64,000 bases of DNA from Candidatus Doudnabacteria bacterium RIFCSPHIGHO2_01_FULL_46_24 (lineage in GTDB: Bacteria; Patescibacteriota; Doudnabacteria; UBA920; O2-02-FULL-48-8), in the NCBI GenBank assembly GCA_001777575.1, contig MFEL01000010.1, forward strand, positions 20,661 to 84,660, in the 5' to 3' direction. Made by a program: the position numbers and the translations under genes. Under the pieces are notes generated by a model, which was not told where the DNA came from, did no database searches, and saw only the letters and a program-made list of their open reading frames with translations. Within the stretch, counting starts at the first letter, position 1. The number at the start of each line of letters is the position of its first letter. Of this stretch, positions 1 to 10,608 are shown piece after piece.

Positions 1-2328
1 ACTTACCAAAAATTGCTGCTGGACAATTCTTATCTGGATTTTGGCGACTTGATTAATTTCACTTTGAAACTTTTTCGCACTCGTCCGAAAATTCTCAAAC
101 GGTACCAAGCCCAGTATAAATACATTTTGGTGGATGAATTCCAAGATACGGATTTTTCACAATACGAAATGGTCAAGCTGCTGGCCATGCCGCAAAATAA
201 CCTCACGGTGGTTGGTGATGACGACCAGTCCATCTACAAATTCCGCGGCGCATCCGTCTCCAATATTTTGCAATTCAAAAGTGATTTCAAAAAAGCTCAA
301 GAAGTCACTCTGACTGAAAATTACCGCTCCAGCCAAAATATTTTGGATCTGGCTTATAAATTCATCCAGCAAAACAACCCTGAGCGCCTGGAGAGCAAGC
401 TTAAAATCGACAAAAAATTGAAGAGTGATAAAAAAGACCAAGGCCTCATTGAGGTTCTGCATGGCTCCAACATCCACGAAGAAGTGCGCTTGGTGGCTGA
501 TAAAATAAACGAGCTCACAGAGGCCGGTCTAAATTTAAGCGACTTTGCCATTCTGGTCCGAGCCAACGATTCGGCTGAGCCGTTTATCTCCGAATTGAGC
601 CGGCGCGGGGTTGGGTATATTTTTGTCGCCAACAGAGGGCTTTACAGAAAACCTTTTATCCTTGATCTCTTGGCATACTTGCGCCTTCTGGACAACCACC
701 ACGAAAGTGAAAACCTGTTTCGGGTGCTTGCAATGGAGAATTTCAAAATCTCGGATGCGGATTTGATGAACATTACCAGAACCGCGAAAATCAAGGCTCT
801 GTCGGTTTTTCATGTCCTGAGCAATGCCCGCAGTCTGATTAGGCTTGATGCCCCATCGGCCAAAAAAATCGACACGGTTGTGGGATTGATCGAGAAACAC
901 ACAGCGATGGCCCGCAGCACGCCTATATCTGAACTTATTGTTCGGATTCTTGATGATTTGGGTTTAATTAAGGAACTAAGCGCGGACAACGCCGCTGTTT
1001 CTGAGAAACGCAGCATGCTCGAGCAATTCTATAAGAAGGTTATGAGTTTTGAGGATGAGAGCAATGACAAAACCCTCAGAGGCTTTCTTGAAAATTTAAG
1101 GCTGGAGCTGGAAGCTGGGGATTTGGGAGAGCTTTCATACAATCCCGATTTGGGCCCGGAGGCAATGCGCCTCATGACAATCCATTCAGCCAAAGGGCTG
1201 GAGTTCAAATGCGTGTTTGTAGTCAACCTGGTTGACCAAAGATTTCCTTCCAGGGAGCGCCGGGATCAGATCGAAATCCCGTCGGAGTTAGTCAAGGAAA
1301 TCCTGCCGGAAGGGGATGTGCACCTGATGGAAGAGCGGCGGTTGTTTTACGTCGCGTGCACGCGAGCGAAGCAAAATCTCTATCTGACTTGGGCCGACGA
1401 CTACGGCGGCACCACGAACAAAAAGCCTTCCCGATTTTTGATTGAGCTTGATTTTGCCAAGCTCCCCGAAAAGTCCAAACCCGCCGGCGAGGTAATTTTC
1501 AAAAACCCGCCTGCGATCACAGATCACGGATCAAAGATCACGAATCAACTATTCATCCCCGATACTTTTTCGTTTTCTCAAATCAACACTTTTCGCAACT
1601 GTCCTTTGGAATACAAGCTGCGCTATATCTACCAATTGCCCCTTCCAGGTTCTTCGCACTTGTCACTGGGCGATACGGTCCATAAGACGCTCTATAAATT
1701 TTTAAGCCACTATGACCGCCTGAATAAACAAAAACAAGCTGATCTGTTCGGGGCGAAGCAGACCGCATCCGAAGTCCCAGGTTTGGATCTTTTAAAAAAG
1801 TTCTACGAAGAGTCCTGGGTGGACGATTGGTACCCGGACGCCATTGAAAAAAACCACGCCCGCAAGCTCGGGTGGGAGATGTTAGAAACGTTTCACAAAA
1901 GATTTTCGGAGCAACCCTCAACCATCAAATTTCTTGAGCAAAAATTCAAACTGAAACTGGGCAATTTCAAATTCACGGGCAAAATTGACCGCGCGGATCT
2001 CAACAGTGACAACTCGATTGACATCATTGACTACAAAACCGGCAAAATCAAGGAAAAATTGACGGCCGAGGACAAGGATCAACTGTTCATCTACCAATGG
2101 GCGGCGCAGGAGCAATTCAAGGAAAAAGTCCGCACCCTTAAATATTGGTACCTAAAAAGCCTCGGCGACAGTCCGAAATTCCTGGGCAGCAGCCAAGACA
2201 TCGAAAAAGTTAAGGTTAAACTCCTTCAGACCATCGAGCAAATAATCGACGCCATCAAATCAAATTCCTTCCCCAAACTCGACCAAAAAATTTCCCACGA
2301 CTGCAAATACCGTGATTTTATGGTATAA
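1..2328 (+). CDS. UvrD/PcrA/AddA-like ATP-dependent DNA helicase fused to a C-terminal PD-(D/E)XK nuclease domain; 5' end lies outside the window
   Basis: Helicase motifs VVGDDDQSIYKFRGA, TENYRSSQNIL and MTIHSAKGLEFKCVFV; C-terminal nuclease-like block IDYKTGK...DCKYRDF; ORF runs to the window edge. Confidence 0.8.
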   Translation, partial: TYQKLLLDNSYLDFGDLINFTLKLFRTRPKILKRYQAQYKYILVDEFQDTDFSQYEMVKLLAMPQNNLTVVGDDDQSIYKFRGASVSNILQFKSDFKKAQEVTLTENYRSSQNILDLAYKFIQQNNPERLESKLKIDKKLKSDKKDQGLIEVLHGSNIHEEVRLVADKINELTEAGLNLSDFAILVRANDSAEPFISELSRRGVGYIFVANRGLYRKPFILDLLAYLRLLDNHHESENLFRVLAMENFKISDADLMNITRTAKIKALSVFHVLSNARSLIRLDAPSAKKIDTVVGLIEKHTAMARSTPISELIVRILDDLGLIKELSADNAAVSEKRSMLEQFYKKVMSFEDESNDKTLRGFLENLRLELEAGDLGELSYNPDLGPEAMRLMTIHSAKGLEFKCVFVVNLVDQRFPSRERRDQIEIPSELVKEILPEGDVHLMEERRLFYVACTRAKQNLYLTWADDYGGTTNKKPSRFLIELDFAKLPEKSKPAGEVIFKNPPAITDHGSKITNQLFIPDTFSFSQINTFRNCPLEYKLRYIYQLPLPGSSHLSLGDTVHKTLYKFLSHYDRLNKQKQADLFGAKQTASEVPGLDLLKKFYEESWVDDWYPDAIEKNHARKLGWEMLETFHKRFSEQPSTIKFLEQKFKLKLGNFKFTGKIDRADLNSDNSIDIIDYKTGKIKEKLTAEDKDQLFIYQWAAQEQFKEKVRTLKYWYLKSLGDSPKFLGSSQDIEKVKVKLLQTIEQIIDAIKSNSFPKLDQKISHDCKYRDFMV

Positions 2329-2710
2329 TGGAAGCGTGAACACTCTGGCTGCAAAATCTTATTTGTTAATCGCTGACATTGTCTTCGGGGCAAGCCTGGC
2401 CTCAATGATTTTCCTGCTTATGGCAGTCAGTCCCGAATCAGGATTCGTGGTACTTCTGTCTTTTTATTCAATTCTGTTTCTGCTCGTGTTTACGACAGCG
2501 ATGCTGGCTGGATATTATATCCGGCAGTCTCTCGGGAACAGGGAGTTCGCTCTTCAAGACCTTCACGTCTCGGCTCGGCAGGGCTTGTGGCTCGCAATCC
2601 TCGTCACAATATCATTCGTTTTACTTGCACTCGAAATGTTCTCAACCATGCCTGTTGCCCTGCTCACGCTTGCCTTGGTTTTCTTGGAATCATATTTAAC
2701 GCTCAAGTAA
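2312..2710 (+). CDS. small hydrophobic membrane protein, hypothetical
   Basis: Four predicted TM stretches; overlaps the helicase stop by 17 nt; no recognisable motif. Confidence 0.35.
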   Translation: MILWYNGSVNTLAAKSYLLIADIVFGASLASMIFLLMAVSPESGFVVLLSFYSILFLLVFTTAMLAGYYIRQSLGNREFALQDLHVSARQGLWLAILVTISFVLLALEMFSTMPVALLTLALVFLESYLTLK

Positions 2711-3825
2711 TGTCAATGCCAGAAACACAAAGTCAATCCGATGAAGTAAATTATGTTGTCATGCCTCCCTTAGGCAGGAAGCCTGTAGAAACGTCTCAGC
2801 ATCCGCAAGCGCAGTCTCCGGAAGTTGGCGCGCCGTTTGTTCGCAAGTGGTTTTACATTGCCGGAGCCGTGCTTTTGGTGTTGCTTTTGGCACTCCTGTG
2901 GTACTTCAGATTCGCGAATCAGGATGAAACCGATCAACCTATTGCGACGCAAACCCGCCTGCCGAGGGTTTGGTTAAACCAGCATTTTGGATCAGAGGTT
3001 TGCGCTAACGATAAAATTTGTGGCGACACTGCTGATCCTGACGCGGATGGGCTCAGCAACTTCAATGAATTCAAGGAAGGGACCGACCCCAAAAATTCCG
3101 ACACGGATATGGATGGCTTAGCTGACAGCGACGAGCTTACTGTCTTCAAGACAGACCCAAACCTCAAATACACGGACCGGCGCGAGATCGCCGCAACCAA
3201 TGATTACAATGACGCTGTATCGATTGCGAACGGTTATGACCCGCTGACTCCTGGATTTAGGATGACGAAAAGCCGCTTGGCGCAAATAGAAGCGGACACC
3301 AAGCAACATCAATTTCATGAGCCGACAATTTCGACTTTACAAACGCTTAGGCCAGAAGCGCAACCTGCGCCCACCCCAACCTCATTGGCGCCGGTAACCG
3401 CCAGTCGTCAGAACTGCGGCGTGGTCGAAGGCCTTCACCTCCTGGCGGAAAGGGATAAGCTTACAGCAGTCGAAAGTAATTCCCTTAACTGCATTGATCA
3501 GGCCATGATCAGCTGCTTGCCTGCAAAGATCTCTGTGCATAATACACTTGAGTCAACCAAAGAGCTTGGTAACAGCGAGTTTGAAGTTATCGGTAAAGTC
3601 GGCGGTGACTGCAGAATGAAAAATGATCCGCAAGCGCCCACGCAGCTTTCACCTAAACGAACTTGCGGGGTGCCTCTAGCTTTTATTGCAAATCTTGACA
3701 AGCAAGCGAAAGCTCAACCCACAGCCGGACCGGGCATTGTTTTCTTTGCCGTTTCCATTGGCATGAGCTTTGGTGAATTGACTGATTCCGCCACAGGTGA
3801 AAAAATAACCTTTTCTTGCGCATGA
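2710..3825 (+). CDS. membrane-anchored secreted protein with thrombospondin-type-3-like Ca-binding repeats
   Basis: ATG at 2710 (MSMPETQ); TM segment WFYIAGAVLLVLLLALLWYF; repeats DTADPDADGLSNFNEFKEGTDPKNSDTDMDGLADSDE. Confidence 0.5.
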   Translation: MSMPETQSQSDEVNYVVMPPLGRKPVETSQHPQAQSPEVGAPFVRKWFYIAGAVLLVLLLALLWYFRFANQDETDQPIATQTRLPRVWLNQHFGSEVCANDKICGDTADPDADGLSNFNEFKEGTDPKNSDTDMDGLADSDELTVFKTDPNLKYTDRREIAATNDYNDAVSIANGYDPLTPGFRMTKSRLAQIEADTKQHQFHEPTISTLQTLRPEAQPAPTPTSLAPVTASRQNCGVVEGLHLLAERDKLTAVESNSLNCIDQAMISCLPAKISVHNTLESTKELGNSEFEVIGKVGGDCRMKNDPQAPTQLSPKRTCGVPLAFIANLDKQAKAQPTAGPGIVFFAVSIGMSFGELTDSATGEKITFSCA

Positions 3826-4175
3826 GTCTGTTAAGTTGGTTGCATAAATCGAAATTTCCAGGAATAATCGCGGCAAGGGTTACTAAAATTGAAAAACATC
3901 CGAATGCCGATCGGTTGCGAGTCGTCGAATTGACCGACGGTGAAAGAACGATAGCGCCCGTGGTCTGCGGAGCTTTTAATTTTGAAGTTGGCGCCAAGGT
4001 AGCCTTAGCCCTCCCTGGCGCTAAAATTTTGCGTAATATCCATTCCGCAGCGCACGAGCCGTTTGTCTTGCAGAAAGCCACCATTCGCGGCATCGAAAGC
4101 CAGGGGATGATTTGCTCGGCGTTTGAACTGGGCTTATCAGATTCCCCGGCAGGGAATTATGATTTTGGAAGATGA
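3816..4175 (+). CDS. stand-alone tRNA-binding domain protein (PheT B1 / CsaA / Myf-like)
   Basis: KHPNADRLRVVELTDGERTIAPVVCGAFNFEVGAKVALALPGA...IRGIESQGMICSAFELGL matches the tRNA_bind fold of the PheT N-terminus. Confidence 0.7.
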   Translation: MRMSLLSWLHKSKFPGIIAARVTKIEKHPNADRLRVVELTDGERTIAPVVCGAFNFEVGAKVALALPGAKILRNIHSAAHEPFVLQKATIRGIESQGMICSAFELGLSDSPAGNYDFGR

Positions 4176-4226
4176 TGTAAAGATTGGTAAAAGGTTCTCA
4201 AGCGACATGGTAAATTTTCAGTAAAT

Positions 4227-4252
4227 GCTTCACTACTGCAGTGCAGTGAAGC
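4227..4252 (+). promoter_or_regulatory. hairpin GCTTCACT-N10-AGTGAAGC containing the CAGTGCAGTGAAG motif, 27 nt upstream of pheS
   Basis: Perfect 8-bp inverted repeat; the same 13-mer recurs at 16376-16396 upstream of folA. Confidence 0.4.
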
Positions 4253-4278
4253 ATATACATAGCGGAAGTTAATAGTCT

Positions 4279-5409
4279 ATGGCAACAATAAATGTTGATG
4301 CAACCGAAGAAGAAAGGCTCAAGGAACAACTTGAAAAGCGCGCAGACTTTGAAGCGCAGCGAATCAGGCGGTATTTAAGCATGCCGGATTTATCAAGAAC
4401 CGAGGGAAGTCCGATTCAAGAAATTGTCAAGCGCGCAAGCCAGGTCAAAAGCCTGCAGGATTTCGACGTAATTCAAGTGCCGGAAATCGTGCCGGCGCAT
4501 ATCTTGTTTGACCTGTTCAACATGCCGCCGGGACATCCCGCGCGAAGCAAATCGGACACTTACTATGTTGACGAAGAACATGTGCTAAGAACCCATGACA
4601 CGGTTTTCTGGTATTACTATCTGAATGACCCGGCAATCAAACAAAGAATCGCGAATAAAGAAACACTTGGAACTATTTGTTACGGCAAAGTCTACCGCAA
4701 GGATGAGATTGACAGCAGGCACATGAATGTCTTTCACCAATTTGGCGCCTGGCTAATCGCGCCCGATGACAAGCAAATTTTCACTCCCGATGATCTCAAG
4801 CGAGCGCTGGCCGAGGTTGGCACGAGCGTTTTTGGCTCCACCAATTTTCGTTTTTATGACCACAACTTCCCCTATACGGATCCGAGCTTTGAAATGGAAG
4901 CGGAAATTAAAGGACAATGGATGGAAATGGTCGGCTCGGGAATGGTCAGAAAGACCGTGCTTAAAAATTTGGGCTTGGAGGGATATAACGGTTGGGCGTT
5001 CGGCTTCGGCCTGGAAAGGCTGGCGATTGCCAGCATGGATTTGCCGGACATCCGCCTGCTGTGGTCCCAGGACCCGCGCGTGACCAAGCAGCTTAAGCTT
5101 GGCCAAAAATTCGTGGAAGTCAGCAAATACCCGCCGATCACGCGCGACATCTCTTTCATCGTGGATAAAAATTTTGTGCCCAACAATTACTTCGACTTAA
5201 TCCGCGACATCGGCGGCGATCTGGTGGAGCAGGTCGAGCTTTTGGATAAATTTGAAAACGAAGCTAAATTCCACAAAGACAAAATCAGCTACACCTATCG
5301 AGTGGTTTACAGAAGCCCTGAGCGAACCCTTAAAACCGAAGAAGTTGAACCTCTGCAAGCCAAGCTTTATGACGAAACCAAAAAGCAGTTTAACGCAGAG
5401 TTAAGATAA
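4279..5409 (+). CDS. pheS: phenylalanyl-tRNA synthetase alpha-type catalytic subunit fused to a C-terminal FDX-ACB anticodon-binding domain (mitochondrial/monomeric PheRS-like architecture)
   Basis: Class II motif 2 YRKDEIDSRHMNVFHQFG and motif 3 GWAFGFGLERLAIASMDLPDIRLLW; C-terminal ~95 aa (SKYPPITRDISFIVDKN...YRSPERTLKTEEVEPL) resembles the PheT C-terminal FDX-ACB domain. Confidence 0.85.
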   Translation: MATINVDATEEERLKEQLEKRADFEAQRIRRYLSMPDLSRTEGSPIQEIVKRASQVKSLQDFDVIQVPEIVPAHILFDLFNMPPGHPARSKSDTYYVDEEHVLRTHDTVFWYYYLNDPAIKQRIANKETLGTICYGKVYRKDEIDSRHMNVFHQFGAWLIAPDDKQIFTPDDLKRALAEVGTSVFGSTNFRFYDHNFPYTDPSFEMEAEIKGQWMEMVGSGMVRKTVLKNLGLEGYNGWAFGFGLERLAIASMDLPDIRLLWSQDPRVTKQLKLGQKFVEVSKYPPITRDISFIVDKNFVPNNYFDLIRDIGGDLVEQVELLDKFENEAKFHKDKISYTYRVVYRSPERTLKTEEVEPLQAKLYDETKKQFNAELR

Positions 5410-5452
5410 TTGTTTCTGTGGATAACTTGACTACAAAGATCACCTTCGTAAT

Positions 5453-6838
5453 ATGGAAACAGAGCGCAATGTAATAAAAAAAATCTCCTCGGAGGGGGAG
5501 GATTGGGTTAACAGACGCGAATCTGCCAGAGAAGATGAACCGGAACATAAAAGGCAGGATATATTTGGCGCCAACTTTTTGCATTGGTGGAACATTGCGC
5601 ATAAAACAGGCGAGGATTGGTCTAAAATGACCGTTGGTCGTCTTGCGGATCATATCAACAAAACAGCTGACCAAACATGGAAACGGAATTTTAAGCGATT
5701 AGAAGAAGAGATGGTCGCGGGTGCAAAAACGGATCCCTGGTCTTTTCAGCAGTTTTTCGCAAATTATCTGATGGATAGAGTGCCCGATCTTGGGCGATTA
5801 AGTAAGCGCCTCGATTTAAGCATGAAACAGCCAAGAGCGAACCAGGATCTTATCCTGTTGGCGGCTGTGTTTGAGGGAGAAAGAGGAGCTAAAGCCACGG
5901 AACTGGGGATTAGTTTGACTGCGGAATATCAGAATGGCAATAAGATTCTCCCGGCAAAACTCGTGGCTTCAATGATTGATTATCATAGTCAGCATGTGTT
6001 GGAAAGCGAGCGCCAATTTATGGAAATGATCCCGGAATACTTGGACAAGATAAAAACGCTATTACTTGCCGCTTCTAATTCGGGAGAGATTCCGATAAAG
6101 ACAGATACGATTTTAGAACGCCTGGGGGCTTTACGTTTTGCGGTTGTGGACGGCCTGACTGCGAAACTCCGGGACTTTTCCGGCGACTTTAAAGACCACA
6201 CGCATACGATTAGAATCTCGTCTGAAGCCCGGCCCGAGCACGTTGGCATGATTATGTCCCATGAAATTATCCATGCGCTGGCTGGGCAACTGGAATATTC
6301 CAGCGTTTCGAAGGTGTTTGAAGATAATCCTGAACTCTTTGTTCTAGTCGAGCGTCATGAGTTATTAAAAGGCGGCTTGCACTTTAGTAAAGACGTTGGA
6401 GAAAAACAATCGGATTTGCCTTCTCTACGCTTGCGTTGGTTAAACGAAGCATTGACGGAACAAGCGGCAATCGATTTGGTCAAGGGAACGGAATACGTAG
6501 GCTTTGACACTTATGAGCTTGAAAGAAAACTTCTAGATAAACTGGTCGCTCTGGGTATATCAAAATCGTTGCTTTATGAGGCTTATTTTGAAAATTATGC
6601 GGCTGACTCTACCGGCGGACACCGCCTTCCCAAAACGCGGGAGTTATTTGAAACAGTCAATCGTTTGCTTGGCCGCGGCTTTTTGGTTAATCTGGATATT
6701 TATATAAGATCCAATCGAGACGGCGTAAAATTAGCATTGCAGAAATGGGAAGACCTAGGTGCTGAATTTCCGTCATTTATTAACGATTTCGGCGCAGGTA
6801 AAATTAAAGAATTAAGGGATAGTTCGGAATTAAGGTAA
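5453..6838 (+). CDS. hypothetical protein with HExxH...NEAxxE gluzincin-like motif (putative zinc metallopeptidase)
   Basis: MSHEIIHAL, then about 60 aa later WLNEALTEQAA (thermolysin-like NEAxSD pattern); no signal peptide; the start may lie further downstream (next candidate ATG about 5627). Confidence 0.4.
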   Translation: METERNVIKKISSEGEDWVNRRESAREDEPEHKRQDIFGANFLHWWNIAHKTGEDWSKMTVGRLADHINKTADQTWKRNFKRLEEEMVAGAKTDPWSFQQFFANYLMDRVPDLGRLSKRLDLSMKQPRANQDLILLAAVFEGERGAKATELGISLTAEYQNGNKILPAKLVASMIDYHSQHVLESERQFMEMIPEYLDKIKTLLLAASNSGEIPIKTDTILERLGALRFAVVDGLTAKLRDFSGDFKDHTHTIRISSEARPEHVGMIMSHEIIHALAGQLEYSSVSKVFEDNPELFVLVERHELLKGGLHFSKDVGEKQSDLPSLRLRWLNEALTEQAAIDLVKGTEYVGFDTYELERKLLDKLVALGISKSLLYEAYFENYAADSTGGHRLPKTRELFETVNRLLGRGFLVNLDIYIRSNRDGVKLALQKWEDLGAEFPSFINDFGAGKIKELRDSSELR

Positions 6839-6890
6839 CTATACAAAAAGTGCCGATCGGTCAAAAGTGTATAGTGAAAAATTATAATTA

Positions 6891-7187
6891 GTGGCTTGGA
6901 TTATTACATTAGTTATTGCTCTGATTATCGGATACCTGGCGGGCCGGCGGCGGGGAAGGGTTAATTTTGCCTCACCAAACCGGGCGGCGATGGTTCAAAA
7001 ACAAGAACATCTGGACACAATTATGAAATCATTTGCGCCTGGCGATGAGTTGAGCAACGACAAAGTCCAGGATCTACTCCAGGTCTCGGATGCCACAGCA
7101 GAACGGTACTTAAACGAGCTTGAATATCAAGGTAAATTGAGGCAAATCGGCAAAGCCGGAAAATACGTGATTTATCACAAACTTTAA
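6891..7187 (+). CDS. small membrane-anchored winged-helix DNA-binding protein
   Basis: N-terminal TM WIITLVIALIIGYLAG; C-terminal DLLQVSDATAERYLNELEYQGKLRQIGKAGKYVIYHKL resembles a Fic/DeoR-type wHTH. Confidence 0.45.
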   Translation: MAWIITLVIALIIGYLAGRRRGRVNFASPNRAAMVQKQEHLDTIMKSFAPGDELSNDKVQDLLQVSDATAERYLNELEYQGKLRQIGKAGKYVIYHKL

Positions 7188-7188
7188 C

Positions 7189-7216
7189 GCCTCAGCTTCA
7201 TTTGAGGCGTTAAAAA
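7189..7216 (+). terminator. rho-independent terminator
   Basis: AACGCCTCA-gcttcatt-TGAGGCGTT followed by AAAAAT. Confidence 0.6.
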
Positions 7217-7219
7217 TAC

Positions 7220-7251
7220 CTATATTTTTAGGGCAAAAAATGTGCTATAAT
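7220..7251 (+). promoter_or_regulatory. extended -10 promoter (TGCTATAAT) for gyrB
   Basis: TGnTATAAT at 7243-7251, 85 nt upstream of the gyrB ATG. Confidence 0.45.
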
Positions 7252-7271
7252 ATTATGGGTGAATTAGCTAA

Positions 7272-7322
7272 TTGCGGGTTTGCGGATTACGCATTTAATC
7301 CGTAATTCGTTAATTCGCAATT
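7272..7322 (+). repeat. CGGATTACG / AATCCGTAATTCG hairpin repeat in the gyrB 5' UTR
   Basis: Shares words with 11161-11224, 12045-12117, 31822-31856 and 50155-50216. Confidence 0.5.
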
Positions 7323-7336
7323 AAAGAATTATCTAA

Positions 7337-9294
<1,958 letters not shown>

Positions 9295-9295
<1 letters not shown>

Positions 9296-9642
9296 TGCCG
9301 ATTAAAATCGTTACTGATAAAATCAGTCTAGAGGAACTCCGACGGCTTGCAAATGAACGTTTTGGTGATATGGTAAAAGCGGTTGTTGATATTGAGCGAA
9401 AAATCATGGCCGTGGGAGGGCAAATGCACGCAGATGAGGAGGCCTTGCTGTTACAGAAAGATTCAGAGCAGTGCAATCTTTGGGGGATAAATATTTATCC
9501 AGATAAATCAGTGGAAGATTATATCGAATTTGATTCAGTCATTAACCTGCGACCCGCGCAGAACAATAAGACACGGGGCGTGGACGATCCGAAAATTCAA
9601 GAAAAAATTAAGCAGGTCGTTTATGAATTATATTCACGGTAG
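9295..9642 (+). CDS. conserved hypothetical protein
   Basis: ORF of 115 aa starting 1 nt after the gyrB stop; no motif recognised. Confidence 0.45.
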
Positions 9643-9946
9643 CGATATCGTTGAAAAATGGCAAAAGATGTCTCTCTCGGAACAGATGGGGAACATAGGC
9701 AGTGAGGTCAGCCGCTGCCAAAAATGGCAAAACCGAGACCAGAAAATTTTTATGAATGCGTTTTGGCGGGCTTTGGAGCTGCTGGATCTGACTATTTCCG
9801 ATAAGCGATGGCTTAATGGCATCAAGGAAATTACCCGAGTCAAAGAATTGCTTTGTGACATTGTGTTTGGTAAAAATCAATACCGCACCACTCTTGCGGA
9901 TCTTGACCGCTACTTTACCCAATACGCCTTAGCCACCCGCAAATAA
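9623..9946 (+). CDS. possible MazG-like nucleotide pyrophosphohydrolase domain protein
   Basis: ATG at 9623 (MNYIHGS); the SLSEQMGNIGSEVSRC region is weakly MazG-like; low confidence. Confidence 0.3.
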   Translation: MNYIHGSDIVEKWQKMSLSEQMGNIGSEVSRCQKWQNRDQKIFMNAFWRALELLDLTISDKRWLNGIKEITRVKELLCDIVFGKNQYRTTLADLDRYFTQYALATRK

Positions 9947-9976
9947 CAACTCTGTAGCCTGTCTAGGTTCATAGAC

Positions 9977-10004
9977 TTGCTCAAAATAATCAGTATGTTA
10001 TAAT
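9977..10004 (+). promoter_or_regulatory. sigma-70-type promoter (TTGCTC -16- TATAAT, with TG extension) for secE
   Basis: -35 at 9977-9982, -10 at 9999-10004. Confidence 0.5.
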
Positions 10005-10015
10005 GACGTCACTTT

Positions 10016-10034
10016 AAGCCCGCGAGGGCTTTTT
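10016..10034 (+). promoter_or_regulatory. terminator-like hairpin plus U-run in the secE leader (possible attenuator)
   Basis: AAGCCC-GCGA-GGGCTT followed by TTT, 12 nt before the secE ATG. Confidence 0.3.
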
Positions 10035-10045
10035 AATGAGGTGTT

Positions 10046-10234
10046 ATGACAAATCCCATCCAATTCCTAAAAGAGGCCAAAAATGAGCTGTTTAAGGTCG
10101 TTTGGCCGAAGCGTCCTGAAATACTGCGCATCACCCTGGCTGTGATTATCATATCCTTGGTTATCGCTGTTTTCCTGGGCGCTGTGGATTTTGGCCTTAA
10201 TAAACTCATAAATTTCGTCTTGGATAAACAATGA
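10046..10234 (+). CDS. secE: preprotein translocase subunit SecE
   Basis: 62 aa, single TM, N-terminus MTNPIQFLKEAKNELFKVVWP; position upstream of nusG. Confidence 0.85.
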   Translation: MTNPIQFLKEAKNELFKVVWPKRPEILRITLAVIIISLVIAVFLGAVDFGLNKLINFVLDKQ

Positions 10235-10608
10235 TCACTGCCCGCCGCATTGTTTTGTGGTTTGCCGCCATTTTGATCGTGCATGTGGTCGCTGTATATT
10301 TGGATTTGTATGACAGGATTCCGAACATTGACATCCCGATGCATTTCCTGGGAGGCGGCGCCGTAAGCCTTATCTCCATTTACCTCACGAAGAACAGCAA
10401 GTTCAAAACCTGGCAATATCTGATTTTCGTCCTTGGCTTCACGATCATAGTCGGGATCGGTTGGGAATACTTTGAATTCGCTGTTGACCAAATATTTGAG
10501 GATAAGTTTGGTTGGAACCGAATGACGCTTCGAGACACTTTGGGAGATTTGCTTTATGATGGCCTTGGGGCTACAATCTTTTGGGTCGTTTACAAGGATC
10601 GAATATAA
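10231..10608 (+). CDS. hypothetical integral membrane protein inserted between secE and nusG
   Basis: About 4 TM helices; 4-nt overlap with the secE stop. Confidence 0.5.
   Translation: MITARRIVLWFAAILIVHVVAVYLDLYDRIPNIDIPMHFLGGGAVSLISIYLTKNSKFKTWQYLIFVLGFTIIVGIGWEYFEFAVDQIFEDKFGWNRMTLRDTLGDLLYDGLGATIFWVVYKDRI

Noticed and set aside
2587-2709. 5' extension of the ORF-track ORF 2587-3825
   Set aside because: It overlaps the upstream membrane-protein ORF in another frame. The first ATG, in the context MSMPETQ at 2710, is the plausible start.
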